DNA from: a virus
Lineage: Duplodnaviria > Caudoviricetes
Direction: 5' to 3' (one strand)
DNA length: 64,000 bases
Virus record (IMG/VR): IMGVR_UViG_3300030376_004602
Coordinates: 19,268-83,267 of that record
Shown here: positions 1 through 10,500 of the stretch, piece after piece
How positions within the stretch are numbered: position 1 is the stretch's first letter
Layout: each line of letters opens with the position of its first letter
Made by a program: the position numbers and the translations under genes
The notes under the pieces: generated by a model
The model's database searches: none
Told to the model about the DNA's origin: nothing
What the model saw: the letters and a program-made list of their open reading frames with translations, nothing else

Positions 1-2
1 AA

Positions 3-647
3 GAAGAGTTTAGAGGTCTAATGGAAACAGCCAATACTAAAGACGGTAAGACAGATCTAACTCTAGAAAAGTTTAACAACCCATACAGAGGTCAAATTTT
101 ATCTGATTCAGCTGCAAAGTTCCTACAAGGTATTAAGGATATCAGAGAAAGAAAAGCAGCAGATTATATGCTGCACTCTGACTATGACCCAATGTTTTTC
201 CCTATCGAAGAACAGAGAAAGGCAATATCTAATATGAGCGCTGCTACTAGAAAGCAACTATCTAGAAGAGTAAATAACCCAGCATTGTATCTAGCTATGG
301 CAGGCACCATTAATGCTCAGGAGTCTGCAGATACAGCTAAACTATTTGAGACTAAGTTCCAAGTAGAGGCAGCTGATAATGCTCGGATTAGAGATCTAAT
401 GAGACAAGATAGAGCAGCTAATGTTCAAATGAAGAGACTAGTCGATGAGCTCAACGAGAAGGATAAACAAGGTAAAGAACAACTTCTACTTGAAGCAGCT
501 AACTCATTCTCTAATGCTTACTCAGGATTCTCTAAAGAAGAATTCTATGCATTTATGGGAGATCAATATCTAAAGAACGCTGATATACTTGCTCTAAATA
601 CACCAAATACAGCAGGCGGAACAGGGACAAAAAAACAAGGAAAATAA
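3..647 (+). CDS. 5'-truncated virion/cargo-region protein, unknown function
   Basis: Frame stays open from the ATG at 21 back to the window edge (GAA GAG TTT AGA GGT CTA ATG), so the real start probably lies upstream. Ends 3 nt before the next gene. Confidence 0.7.
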   Translation, partial: EEFRGLMETANTKDGKTDLTLEKFNNPYRGQILSDSAAKFLQGIKDIRERKAADYMLHSDYDPMFFPIEEQRKAISNMSAATRKQLSRRVNNPALYLAMAGTINAQESADTAKLFETKFQVEAADNARIRDLMRQDRAANVQMKRLVDELNEKDKQGKEQLLLEAANSFSNAYSGFSKEEFYAFMGDQYLKNADILALNTPNTAGGTGTKKQGK

Positions 648-650
648 CCA

Positions 651-3600
651 ATGGCACAGTATATACAGACACCAGATTTTAGCTACGAGCCTATGCCTAT
701 GGAGGCATATATGCAGATGGCAAAAGAAGTAGCAGCAGGATACGCTGAAGGTATTAACTCAGCTAATGCATACCTAGCATCGTTGCCTATTGCTACGGGG
801 GCACTTGATGATCCTAATGGGGATAGAGCTGCTCAGTTTAGAGACCAGTACGGTTCTGAAGTAGAAGATGCTATCCAGTTGTATATGGACACTAAAGACA
901 AAAGAAGTCTTGCTAGTGCCCTAACCAACGTTACTAGAAAAATGCAATCTGATGAACAGCTCTTGGTACATAACTATTTGGCAGCTAGCTCAGAAGATAT
1001 TCTTAAAAGGCATCAAGACAATCCTAATGGGTGGTTTGGATATACTTTAGATAATAGCGCTGACATAACAAAAAAGGACGAAAACGGAAACATAGTATCA
1101 AACCTTGTCTTACCTTCTGAAGGGGGAGGTCTTGGAGCTGCTAAAAGTCTCTATGGTAACTACTTATCTGGTTATGATATTGCTCAAGATACTTCTTGGA
1201 TAGATAAGTTTGGAACTAGTGCTGTTAAGTTTATAAATGAAGCTACTAGAACCTTTAACCCAGAAACAGGTAAGTATGAGTTTACTTTTCAAGAAAAGAA
1301 GTATTCCAATATTATGGATTACTTTAAAGGTAATCCCTCTAATGAGTTTATGGAATCTGCTAGAACTCTATACAATAGCCAATCTAATGCTATGACTAGG
1401 GCTTACAGAGGTAAGTATGGATATGAAGAAGGTCTAAATAAATTTATTGAAGACTCATTTTCTTACAGACTTCCTATGGAATACAGTAGAGGTATGGGTT
1501 ATGATGAAACAACACCTGGTCAGTATGCTAATACAACAGGACAAACACAAACTCCTACAACTGAACTATATTCAGCAGATGTACTTGCTAATGTTTTCGG
1601 AGATTTTGGAGACGCCCTAAGCCCAGCTGCAAGAACACTTGTAGATGAAACATTAAAAGAAGCAAGAAGAAGAGAAAGAGAAACAGGAAAATCTCTTAGA
1701 GATATTGCTATGGAGGACGCTGAGTTTGGAAGAAGGCTAACAGAAGCACAACAAGCTTTAATGGCTGAACAAATTAGAGTAAATTATGATCAATCTGTAG
1801 AAGGCGGAAAACTTAAACAAGAATATACTCAAAATATAACAAACTATTTTGATATAGATAAAACAGGAATTTGGCAACATGCTCAGGATTATGGAATTGA
1901 TGCAGAACAACTCATAGAGTTTGATAGCAGATTTGAAATTCCGTTTATAAATCAAGATGTTAATGGTATAGGAGTTCCAAAGCCTATTGGTATGAGCATG
2001 GTAGACGGAAAATATCAAGTTTTGACAGATGAGGGAAAAAGAATAGCAAACGAAGTATCTATTCTTGGGAAAGGCTCTCAGTTGGCAGCTATGTTTTTTG
2101 GAGAGGATTTTCAAGTAACAAACGCTAACAAGTATTCACAGAATGCAACATATTTACGGAACCTAGGTAGAACTCCTGGAGATTCTCCGCTACTTCCTAC
2201 AAGAGAAGTAACAGTAGATGGTTTATTTACAGAAGGTATTTTAGATCCTGATAACCAAAAGGATAGGAATATGTATAACTTTCTTAAAGACCTACCCTCT
2301 CTCACAGTAAATAACGATGTTAGTGCGTATGAGGCTATGGCAGATAATTTTGATGAAGGTGTTTCAAATAAAACTCTTAAAACTCAAAAACGAGATATTT
2401 TTGAGGGAACCCCTAATCCCCTGTACTCTTTATCTTTAGGTATAGCGCCTAGTGATGAAAGATTTTACAATGCTGGGCTTTACTTTGATGCTTTACTAGA
2501 ACAAACAAAAATAACAGGTCTAAAAGCTACTGACTATACTGAAAAACTAGCTGACTATATGAGATCCGGCAATGTAGCATCAGGAGAAACTCTTGTAACA
2601 GCAAATGCACAATATCAAAAAACACTAGATGAAACAGAGGGAGTACAACTTGCTAAGGATTTATATGAAGCATCTACAGATAAAGATGCAGTATTCTTTT
2701 CACAGTATGACGTCTATAGACTTGATGATACAGATGCAGAAGCAACCCCTTTTAGTAGATATAAGCAAAGTAAAATTGCTCCAGGTGATGACATTTTAAA
2801 GGAAGCACTAGACGATAAAGGAAGATCACAAGTACGAATAAATGGATATTCTATTCCTAGCAGTGACAAACTAAGAGGCGGCATAAAAGCTACTATAGGC
2901 ACTACCCCTATATTAGTAATTCCTAAAAACTCTGGACAGCCAGATAAATACACAGACTGGTTAAACAAAGGTCAAACTAGCTTAACAGGACCGAAAGTAT
3001 ATCCACAGGTTTTTTCCGGTCCTTTTGCAGGCATAAGCGGGAGAGATGTGCTAGCTTACTCTGACTTTCATAATGTTATAGTAGAAACAGGAGTAATAGG
3101 ATTTGGCTCGCCTAATAAGGGTGGATTTGACTCTAGACTTGCTAAAACCATAGCAGCGTCCCCTAATCTAGATAGCTCAGGAAAAAAACTAATTGATGGC
3201 AGAAATAATACTGCTCTTGAAAATGCAATACCTGTATCAGACCTGGACGATAGTGATCTTATATCTATACTTAACGAAGGAACAGCTGTAGGACAATCTG
3301 CTACTATATCTTTAAATTTAGGTTATGGGTATAGAAAAGAGGACGAGTCTATTTTTTCTTGGGACGATTACTTCGAAGGGTTTGATCAAAATAACTTTAT
3401 TAGTTTAAGAGAGGCTGATGCTATTGCCCAGTCCCAACAAATTACTGATGATGTAGAAATAGGAAAAATAGCTGAGCTTATGAGTAAGGTTCAGACAAAT
3501 CTAAAAACTAAACAAGGAGAAGACGGAAACTCATACTCTGTAATTAAAGGTAAAGACTTTATAGATATGTATGAAGAGGTTGTAGGTAAGGAACCTGATT

Positions 3601-3695
3601 TTAGTCAACAAGTTAGATTTACAGATGCTAATGATGCCATATTGATGTACGGTCTAAAGGTAGATCAATATAGGGGACCAGAGTCGGGAAATTAA
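651..3695 (+). CDS. Large ejection/cargo protein (1014 aa) of the virion RNAP locus
   Basis: Long ORF just upstream of the RNAP gene, where crAss-like phages encode co-ejected proteins. No catalytic motif recognised. Confidence 0.7.
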   Translation: MAQYIQTPDFSYEPMPMEAYMQMAKEVAAGYAEGINSANAYLASLPIATGALDDPNGDRAAQFRDQYGSEVEDAIQLYMDTKDKRSLASALTNVTRKMQSDEQLLVHNYLAASSEDILKRHQDNPNGWFGYTLDNSADITKKDENGNIVSNLVLPSEGGGLGAAKSLYGNYLSGYDIAQDTSWIDKFGTSAVKFINEATRTFNPETGKYEFTFQEKKYSNIMDYFKGNPSNEFMESARTLYNSQSNAMTRAYRGKYGYEEGLNKFIEDSFSYRLPMEYSRGMGYDETTPGQYANTTGQTQTPTTELYSADVLANVFGDFGDALSPAARTLVDETLKEARRRERETGKSLRDIAMEDAEFGRRLTEAQQALMAEQIRVNYDQSVEGGKLKQEYTQNITNYFDIDKTGIWQHAQDYGIDAEQLIEFDSRFEIPFINQDVNGIGVPKPIGMSMVDGKYQVLTDEGKRIANEVSILGKGSQLAAMFFGEDFQVTNANKYSQNATYLRNLGRTPGDSPLLPTREVTVDGLFTEGILDPDNQKDRNMYNFLKDLPSLTVNNDVSAYEAMADNFDEGVSNKTLKTQKRDIFEGTPNPLYSLSLGIAPSDERFYNAGLYFDALLEQTKITGLKATDYTEKLADYMRSGNVASGETLVTANAQYQKTLDETEGVQLAKDLYEASTDKDAVFFSQYDVYRLDDTDAEATPFSRYKQSKIAPGDDILKEALDDKGRSQVRINGYSIPSSDKLRGGIKATIGTTPILVIPKNSGQPDKYTDWLNKGQTSLTGPKVYPQVFSGPFAGISGRDVLAYSDFHNVIVETGVIGFGSPNKGGFDSRLAKTIAASPNLDSSGKKLIDGRNNTALENAIPVSDLDDSDLISILNEGTAVGQSATISLNLGYGYRKEDESIFSWDDYFEGFDQNNFISLREADAIAQSQQITDDVEIGKIAELMSKVQTNLKTKQGEDGNSYSVIKGKDFIDMYEEVVGKEPDFSQQVRFTDANDAILMYGLKVDQYRGPESGN
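3686..3692 (+). promoter_or_regulatory. Candidate -1 ribosomal frameshift heptamer G_GGA_AAT
   Basis: X_XXY_YYZ pattern in the zero frame directly before TAA (3693-3695). The -1 frame is open from here to 4492. Confidence 0.65.
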
Positions 3696-4492
3696 CGGCG
3701 GAGACTGAAGAGACAACAGAATCCGCTGAGCCTACACCAGTCTCAGAGCCAGAACCAGAGCCTACTATACCAGAGGTGCCGGCTGTAGAAGAAGTAGTTA
3801 TACCTGTAGAAGAAGCTATAGAAACAGCTGAAGAAGTAGTACAAGCAGTTCAAGAAGATTCAAACCCTGCAACTAATGAAGAAGTAGCAGCAGAAGTATT
3901 AGAAACTACTCCAGAGCTGCTTACTAATCCTATATCAGCTAGCCTTGACTTCTTAGGCATTACAGAAACAGATCCTACTCAGTATGATACAATAGCAAGC
4001 TTTTATCAGTCAGCCATTTCAGATACTACTCTCTTAGCAAAGACTAAGAAAAAACTTGCAACTGAAGTTGCCTGGTGCGCTGCTTTTGCTAACTATATTC
4101 TTAATGATGTAGGTATAGAAACTAAGCAAATGCTTGAAGATTATGATACTAAATATGCAAGAGTAAGGGCTAAAAACTTTATAGATTTAGGAACTCCTGT
4201 ATATAACTCTTCTAAGAATACTAAAAAAGATTTGCAGTCTGCTAAGATTGGGAGCCTTGTAGTTAAAAAAGGAGAAGAGGGGTACCACGTAGGATTCTTT
4301 GCAGGTATCAATCCAGATAACGAGGATGAAGTTCTTATACTAGGCGGTAACCAAAACGATGAAGTAAATGTTACAACCTATCCTCTCAAGCAAATTGTAA
4401 CTATAAACAGCTTAGAAAATGTTCAAGAAGCAGACTCTAAGGTAGTTGAAAAAATCAGTAAAGATATTAAAGAAAGCGGCGCTACTAGATAA
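3692..4492 (+). CDS. Acidic Pro/Glu linker plus CHAP/TIGR02594-like cysteine peptidase (peptidoglycan hydrolase); probably a -1 frameshift extension of the 1014-aa protein, alternatively starting at GTG 3776
   Basis: Motifs TEVAWCAAF (Cys at 4076-4078), YHVGFFAG (His at 4286-4288) and LILGGNQNDEV. Stop-free linker-like codons run from 3692 to the GTG. Confidence 0.8.
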   Translation, partial: LTAETEETTESAEPTPVSEPEPEPTIPEVPAVEEVVIPVEEAIETAEEVVQAVQEDSNPATNEEVAAEVLETTPELLTNPISASLDFLGITETDPTQYDTIASFYQSAISDTTLLAKTKKKLATEVAWCAAFANYILNDVGIETKQMLEDYDTKYARVRAKNFIDLGTPVYNSSKNTKKDLQSAKIGSLVVKKGEEGYHVGFFAGINPDNEDEVLILGGNQNDEVNVTTYPLKQIVTINSLENVQEADSKVVEKISKDIKESGATR

Positions 4493-4496
4493 ATCT

Positions 4497-4504
4497 TATC
4501 TTTG
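4497..4504 (+). promoter_or_regulatory. Bacteroidota sigmaA-type -7 element TATCTTTG
   Basis: Exact TAnnTTTG match in the short gap 17 nt before the RNAP ATG. No clear -33 element. Confidence 0.6.
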
Positions 4505-4521
4505 CATAATATAATTTTCCC

Positions 4522-7500
4522 ATGGCTAAGAAAAAAAAGACTCCTCCACCAATAACTTCTTTAGATAATAGCAGAGGGTACTCTGGCAGATTACATGCAG
4601 GAACCTTTTCAGGAGCTACTAGAGATGCTACAAGTCTTTTTGGAAATGCTGTATTTGCTGAAACTCTTAAGGGCCTTCAAGAAAATGCCGAGTCTAGATC
4701 TAATGACTATAAGATCCTTAGACAACAGGCTGCTAATGAACAAGGTGGATTTGAAAAGTTTGGAACTGCTTTAGTATCAGGAGTATCAAAAGGCCTTGTT
4801 AATGGTGTAAATGGAATTGTTTCTCTTGTACCCTACCCAGATGATGTATCTGCAGAAGGACTGCAAAACTGGAACTGGGATATTATGTCAGATGATTTTT
4901 CTGACAGATCTATGTTGTCTAATTATTTAGATGAAGGCTCTAAGGCTATAGGACTACAAATGCCTATATATGACGAAAATCCCTATAACTTCTATGCAGG
5001 TATGGACGCAGGTCTTACAAGTATTGGAGAGTTTGCTATTCCCGGTAAAATTATTAGTAAGGGAGTAGGTCTTGCTGCTAAAACAGTAGGAAGAGCACTT
5101 AGGGGAGTTGGTAGAGGTGTAAGAGGAGCTACTTCGTTAGGCAGAATGTCTACTAGATCTAGACTTGCAAAGTTTGGAGCTAGGACAGATGACTTTCTAA
5201 CTAGGATGTCTATGAGTCCTAAAAATCAAGCTTTTCTACAAACCGGTGCTTCTGGTTTTGCTATGAATAGATTTGAGGGTACTGTTATGGGCCACCAGGT
5301 TTATGAAGAAACAATGCAAGAGCTAGCACCTGCAGTAGCAGCTGGCCAGCTTACAGAAGAAGAAGCTCAAAGCTATGCCAACCAAGCAGCATTATCTGTA
5401 AGAAATAAGAATGCTGGAATGATGATGACCGACATGTTTGCTATGTATGGCATCTTTAAGGCTAAAGGTATGACTAGGAATCTTCTTACTAAACCTGGTT
5501 TTACTTCTGCTGTTAAAAATAATCTTCTTAGTGCAAAAGCTTGGAATCCTCTTAAGAAAGCTGCAGCTACTAATCCTTTTTATCAAGCACTAGTAGAAGG
5601 TGGAGAAGAGATTATTCAAAGTAATATTCAAAAGCAATCTCAATATGATGCTTTAAAAGGAGCTGAAGCTTTAGCAGCATCTAGAGTAGGTAAAGAAGAA
5701 GAACTTGTATATGTTCCTGACTCAGACTCTTACTACGAAAGATTAAAAGATAATCTATTTAGTAAGGATGCTGCTTTTGAAGGCGCTATTGGGTTCTTTT
5801 CCGGTCCTATACAAAGTGTTGCCCTTGAGCAAGGTATGGGCATAAAGCCTCTACTAGATAATCGTAAGTATAAAAATTACACTAAGGAAATTAATGCTCT
5901 GCAACAGAGTATTAAACCTGGAGGATCTGTAACAGGATTAGCAAAAAAATTAAAAGTCCAGGAGCAGATTGAAGACCTTAAACTAAAGCGAGCACAAGAA
6001 ACATCTAAAGGAGCATACGAAGAGCAGCAAAGAGTTATAGGCGAAGTTAAAGCTGATGTTAAAAATGCTCTGAAAGAAACTGTAAACATGGAGGACCTTA
6101 TAGAAGAGGTTCAGGAAAAAGGAGTTGAAGGGGTAGAAGAGTTGCTAGAAGGAACTGCATTTGTAAATACTGCAGTAAAACATTTTCAGAATGGTACTAC
6201 AGAAAATCTAGAACGTATGTTAAAAGACCTTGCAGAAGGCAAGGGAGACCCAGCTACGTTTGGAGAAAACACTCAGCAGAAAGCAGCTGATCTTTTAACT
6301 GAAATGTTAGAAATGGAGAAGCAATGGCTGCGTTACCATGACTTTGAAAACAAAGCATCTATTTTTGCAGCAATTCAGAATGAAAAAGAGATTGATAAAG
6401 CTATTAATCGTACACAGTCTCAGAAAGAAAATGCTCAAGCTAAAATTCTTACTCAGCTAAACGAGTATGCGCCTAGTAATAACTATGGTTTTGATGAGAA
6501 TGGTAACCTTACTATTACCCCAAAGTCTGAAGAAGAGAAAAAGTTAGACGATGACCTACCCGGTCAACAAACATCTTTGTTTCCAACAAACGATGAAGTC
6601 CGTGCATTTTATGAAAGAATGCCAGAAAAAAAGGAACTGGATGAGGTTAACCAAACTCAAAACACTTTTAGAGAGGTTAAAGGCGAAGTATCAAAGTTCC
6701 TCAATAATATTGCTTCAGGCAAAGGACAGAGAGCTGCTAAGAAGCTTAGAAAGCAAAGAGAAAAAGCTGCAAGAAGAGCTGCAAAAAGAATTATGGCTAC
6801 TAATAAGGTTGAGGCTGGAGAAAAAACTAAAGCCAAAACTAATTCTGAAAAGTCTGCTATATCTAACGCTCAAGCTAAGGTAAATTCTGACTCTAAGATT
6901 GTAGTAAAAAAAGTAAAGCCTAAGGCTCCTACAGCCCCACCGCCGCCTACTTCTGCTGAAAAGAAGTCAAAAGAAGAAAAAGAAATAGAAAAAGGGAAAG
7001 CTGCAGAAACAAACAGGAGAACTACTGCTAAAAATGGCGAACCTCTAAAATCAGTTTTTGCAAAGGCAATAGCAAAAGCTGCAGCAAAGTCTAAAGAAAA
7101 AGAGCCTGTAAATGATGATAGTGCTTCCGAGGGGGAAAATTTTACAAAGTCTACAGAAAATAAATCTTCTCATATTCAAGGTAGAACAGACGGTGTTACT
7201 AATGATTCTGAAAATGCTTTCTGGACTCTTTCTGATCCTAGTCTTACAGCTGAAGGAGATGTAATAACTTTTCAGGTAGAGGACCAAAATATTGGGGCTG
7301 CAAATGACCCGACTAGCCCTACAAGAGGTCTTAAAGTAATTGATGTAAAAGGTCGTAAAAAAGAAATAGCAAAGCACGAAAACTCTACGTACGGATCTAA
7401 TATTTCTGAGGACCAAGCTGCAGATGATGCCGAGGCTATTGCTATTTATAATGAAAGAGGCGACAGAATAGGGTATGTGGGATCTCCATTAGCTATTTCT

Positions 7501-10500
7501 TCTAAAAGAAGAAATATGACTACGGAAGAGATGCTAGAGGAAAAAGAAAACCTTCGTACAATAAGAGCTCAGATCCTATCTAAAACTCGTAATGGAGAAG
7601 CTGCAAAAGGTAAGATTAACTCTATAACCAAACAGTATACTAACTTCAAAGAGGAAGGGTCTCCAGACTCAAGATCCATAGACGTATTTGGAACAGATGT
7701 TATTATTGGTGTTGCTACTGCAGAGGGAGTTACATTTGAGGGAGGCTCTAATAACCTTACTCAAGCTGCAGGCTCAAAAATAGAAGCTAAAATGGAGGAC
7801 TCTGAAAGACTAGACGACCTTACACCAGGTCTTCCTTATGCTTTTGTCCCTGTTAGAAAAGATAACAAAGGAGCCATCTACTATGAGGCATTCCCCCTAT
7901 TACCTCAGGATCTAAATGCAGGTTTTATTAATACAGTTATCTATGCCCTAAAGTCTTGGGCAGGCGGTATCGATGCTAATATTGATAAACAAAATAGAGA
8001 CGAGGCTTCAGCAACATTAGGGCTTAATCTTAAAAAGAATACTAAACTTCGCAGCTTGTCTATGCTGTTAGAAAGATTCTTTTTACCACGTACAGAACAT
8101 CCTTACGTAGCAGATGATGAGACTAGAACTTATATCTATTTAAACCAATCTAATTCAGAAAATGAAGTAATTGAGCTTGTTGAAAATGTTGGAGGACAGC
8201 AGTTCGTAAGAGGGACAATTAGAAGAGGGGAACAGTTAACTGAGGATACTATTGCTACCTTAGAACAGTTTCTTGCCAATGAGCAGGTACAGATTGACCT
8301 AAGAAATATTGATGGAATACCTTACATCATTACAGACCGTGATGGTAATGTAAAAGAGTCAATCGAGTTGGCCGACTTTAAAACCCACGTTCTAAAGAAT
8401 ACTACTACAGGTCTTAATCCTGTGGAGTCTGTACTTAACGCTACAGGCCGTACTATTTTTTATAAATCTCCTAAAGTTACCTTTTCTGTAGAGAGTGATA
8501 GATCTTTAGATACCTCAGCACCTGAAAATGAACAGGAAGAAGAAAAGCCGCCATGGGATACTTCTAAAGAAAGTGACCTAACTATAGAGCAAATATCTAA
8601 ACTACCATTTGTAGAAAGAATACCAGCCCTTATTAAAGCAGGTATAATTGCATCTGATGTAACATATAACGTAGGTAAAAGATTTCCTATAATAGTAAAT
8701 ATTGGAGGAGTAAAAGTAGGATTCTACAGAAGCTCTGAAGGAACAGGAGGTAAGAAAAAAGGTGCTTGGACACCTATGTTTGGATACGGCGAGGATGGAG
8801 GTAATCCTTGGTTAATTAAAGGAAATATTGCTACACAAGTAAATGTTAACTATGGCAGCAGTGCTATACAAGAGTATGCGGATATACTTAACAAAACTCT
8901 TAATTGGGACCTTAGTATAGATAAAGGACAAGTAAAAGATCACCCTTTTTATAAAGAACTTAGACTAGTTGAGAGCACGCAAGCATTTAACAAGGAGTTA
9001 TATGGGGTGGAAAATCTAGGTATTATTAATGGTGAAACAGATGTTAGCGGTTTTATTAATTCTAAAGTACAAGAGATTAACGCCGCTACAGGTAAACCTT
9101 CATACGATGAGGCCGATCAAGTAGATCCTGATATCCTAAGCGACCTAGAAACAGACGATGATTTGCCATCTTCATCCGAAGACTCTTTTATCCGAGGTAT
9201 TGAAAAAGAGGAATATACGGAAGAAGAGAGGAATGAATTAGAAGACATTATTTCAAGGTATGTTAAAGATCCAGAGGACGGTTATGATGCAGTAATATAC
9301 TTTACCCAAGGGACTACACCCCCTGGACGCGGAATAGAGGACTTTTTATCTGTTGAAGCTAATCTTAATAGAGACCCCCTCTATAAAAAATGGCAGGAAA
9401 AACATACTGAACGTATAAAAAAAGAATCAACTAGGGATACAGCTCCAGATGTTGACGATTTAGTAGGAGACGCTGTACCACCTGAAGTAAAAGAAGAGCA
9501 CAATAAACGACATATTAAAGGCCTTACTCCTACTCAAAACTTTGAGATAGTAGGGCACTTGGCTAATACTATGTTCAGAAAGCTAGTAGAGCTTACTACT
9601 GATCAAAGAGTTAAGAAAGTATCTAGAAATAAACTATATCAAGAAGCGCTAGAAGAAACTATGGCTTCTTTTGATAAATATATTGCAAGACTAGAAAAAA
9701 ACTTAGCCAGAAAGCAAGCTCAAGAAAACGAGGCTTTAAAGAATAAGATGGAGGCTAGAATAGCAGGTCTTAAAAAGTACAAGCAGGCTGTAGAAAACGA
9801 AGCTGCAAAGACTAAAGAGCTTGCTACTCAGAAGCTTAATCAGTTTGAGGGTGTTAAGGGCCAAAGGTCTGAAGAGGATTTAGAAAATATAGAAGAGACT
9901 GCACACGAAAGAAGAAACTTTAGCGAGGACTTTTTCTTGACTGTAGACAGTAAGAAGAGCACATCTAAAGCTCTAAGAAAGTTCCTAAGCAGCATACCTT
10001 TAATCAAGACTAAGACTCAGACTATTAAGAAGGGCGATGATAACATTACTGTGTCTAGTAAAGCTATGCCTGCCCGTACTACATTTGGTGCTCCAAAGTA
10101 TGCAGACTTTGATTCTGTGTATAATAAACTACACTCTCTTGAAGTAGGATCAGATGCTAATTTATCTAACCAACTTACTAAGCTAGCACAGCTGTACGTA
10201 GACTATCCAGGTATGAAGCAGGAGCTCAACTGGCTACCAGGTCTAATAGTAAGTCTAGGAATAGATAACTTGCAAGGCACTAAGAAAAATAATAGAGGAG
10301 AAGAAAAAACCCTAGCAGATGTATTTTTGGAAGAAGCTTTAGGGCCAGACGATGCTGACCTTAGTAATCTAGTTAAGCTTATGGCTTCTACTGACTTTGG
10401 AGTTCCGGCAGGAGAAAAAATCCAAAGACAGTTTGCTATTAATATGTCTAAGGCTAAGGTAAAGGCTCCACTAGTTCTTTATCGTGCTGTACAAAAAGGA

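Noticed and set aside
6780-7140. K/A/P-rich low-complexity stretch in the RNAP as a possible repeat element
   Set aside because: No periodic nucleotide repeat. It reads as an ordinary disordered linker.
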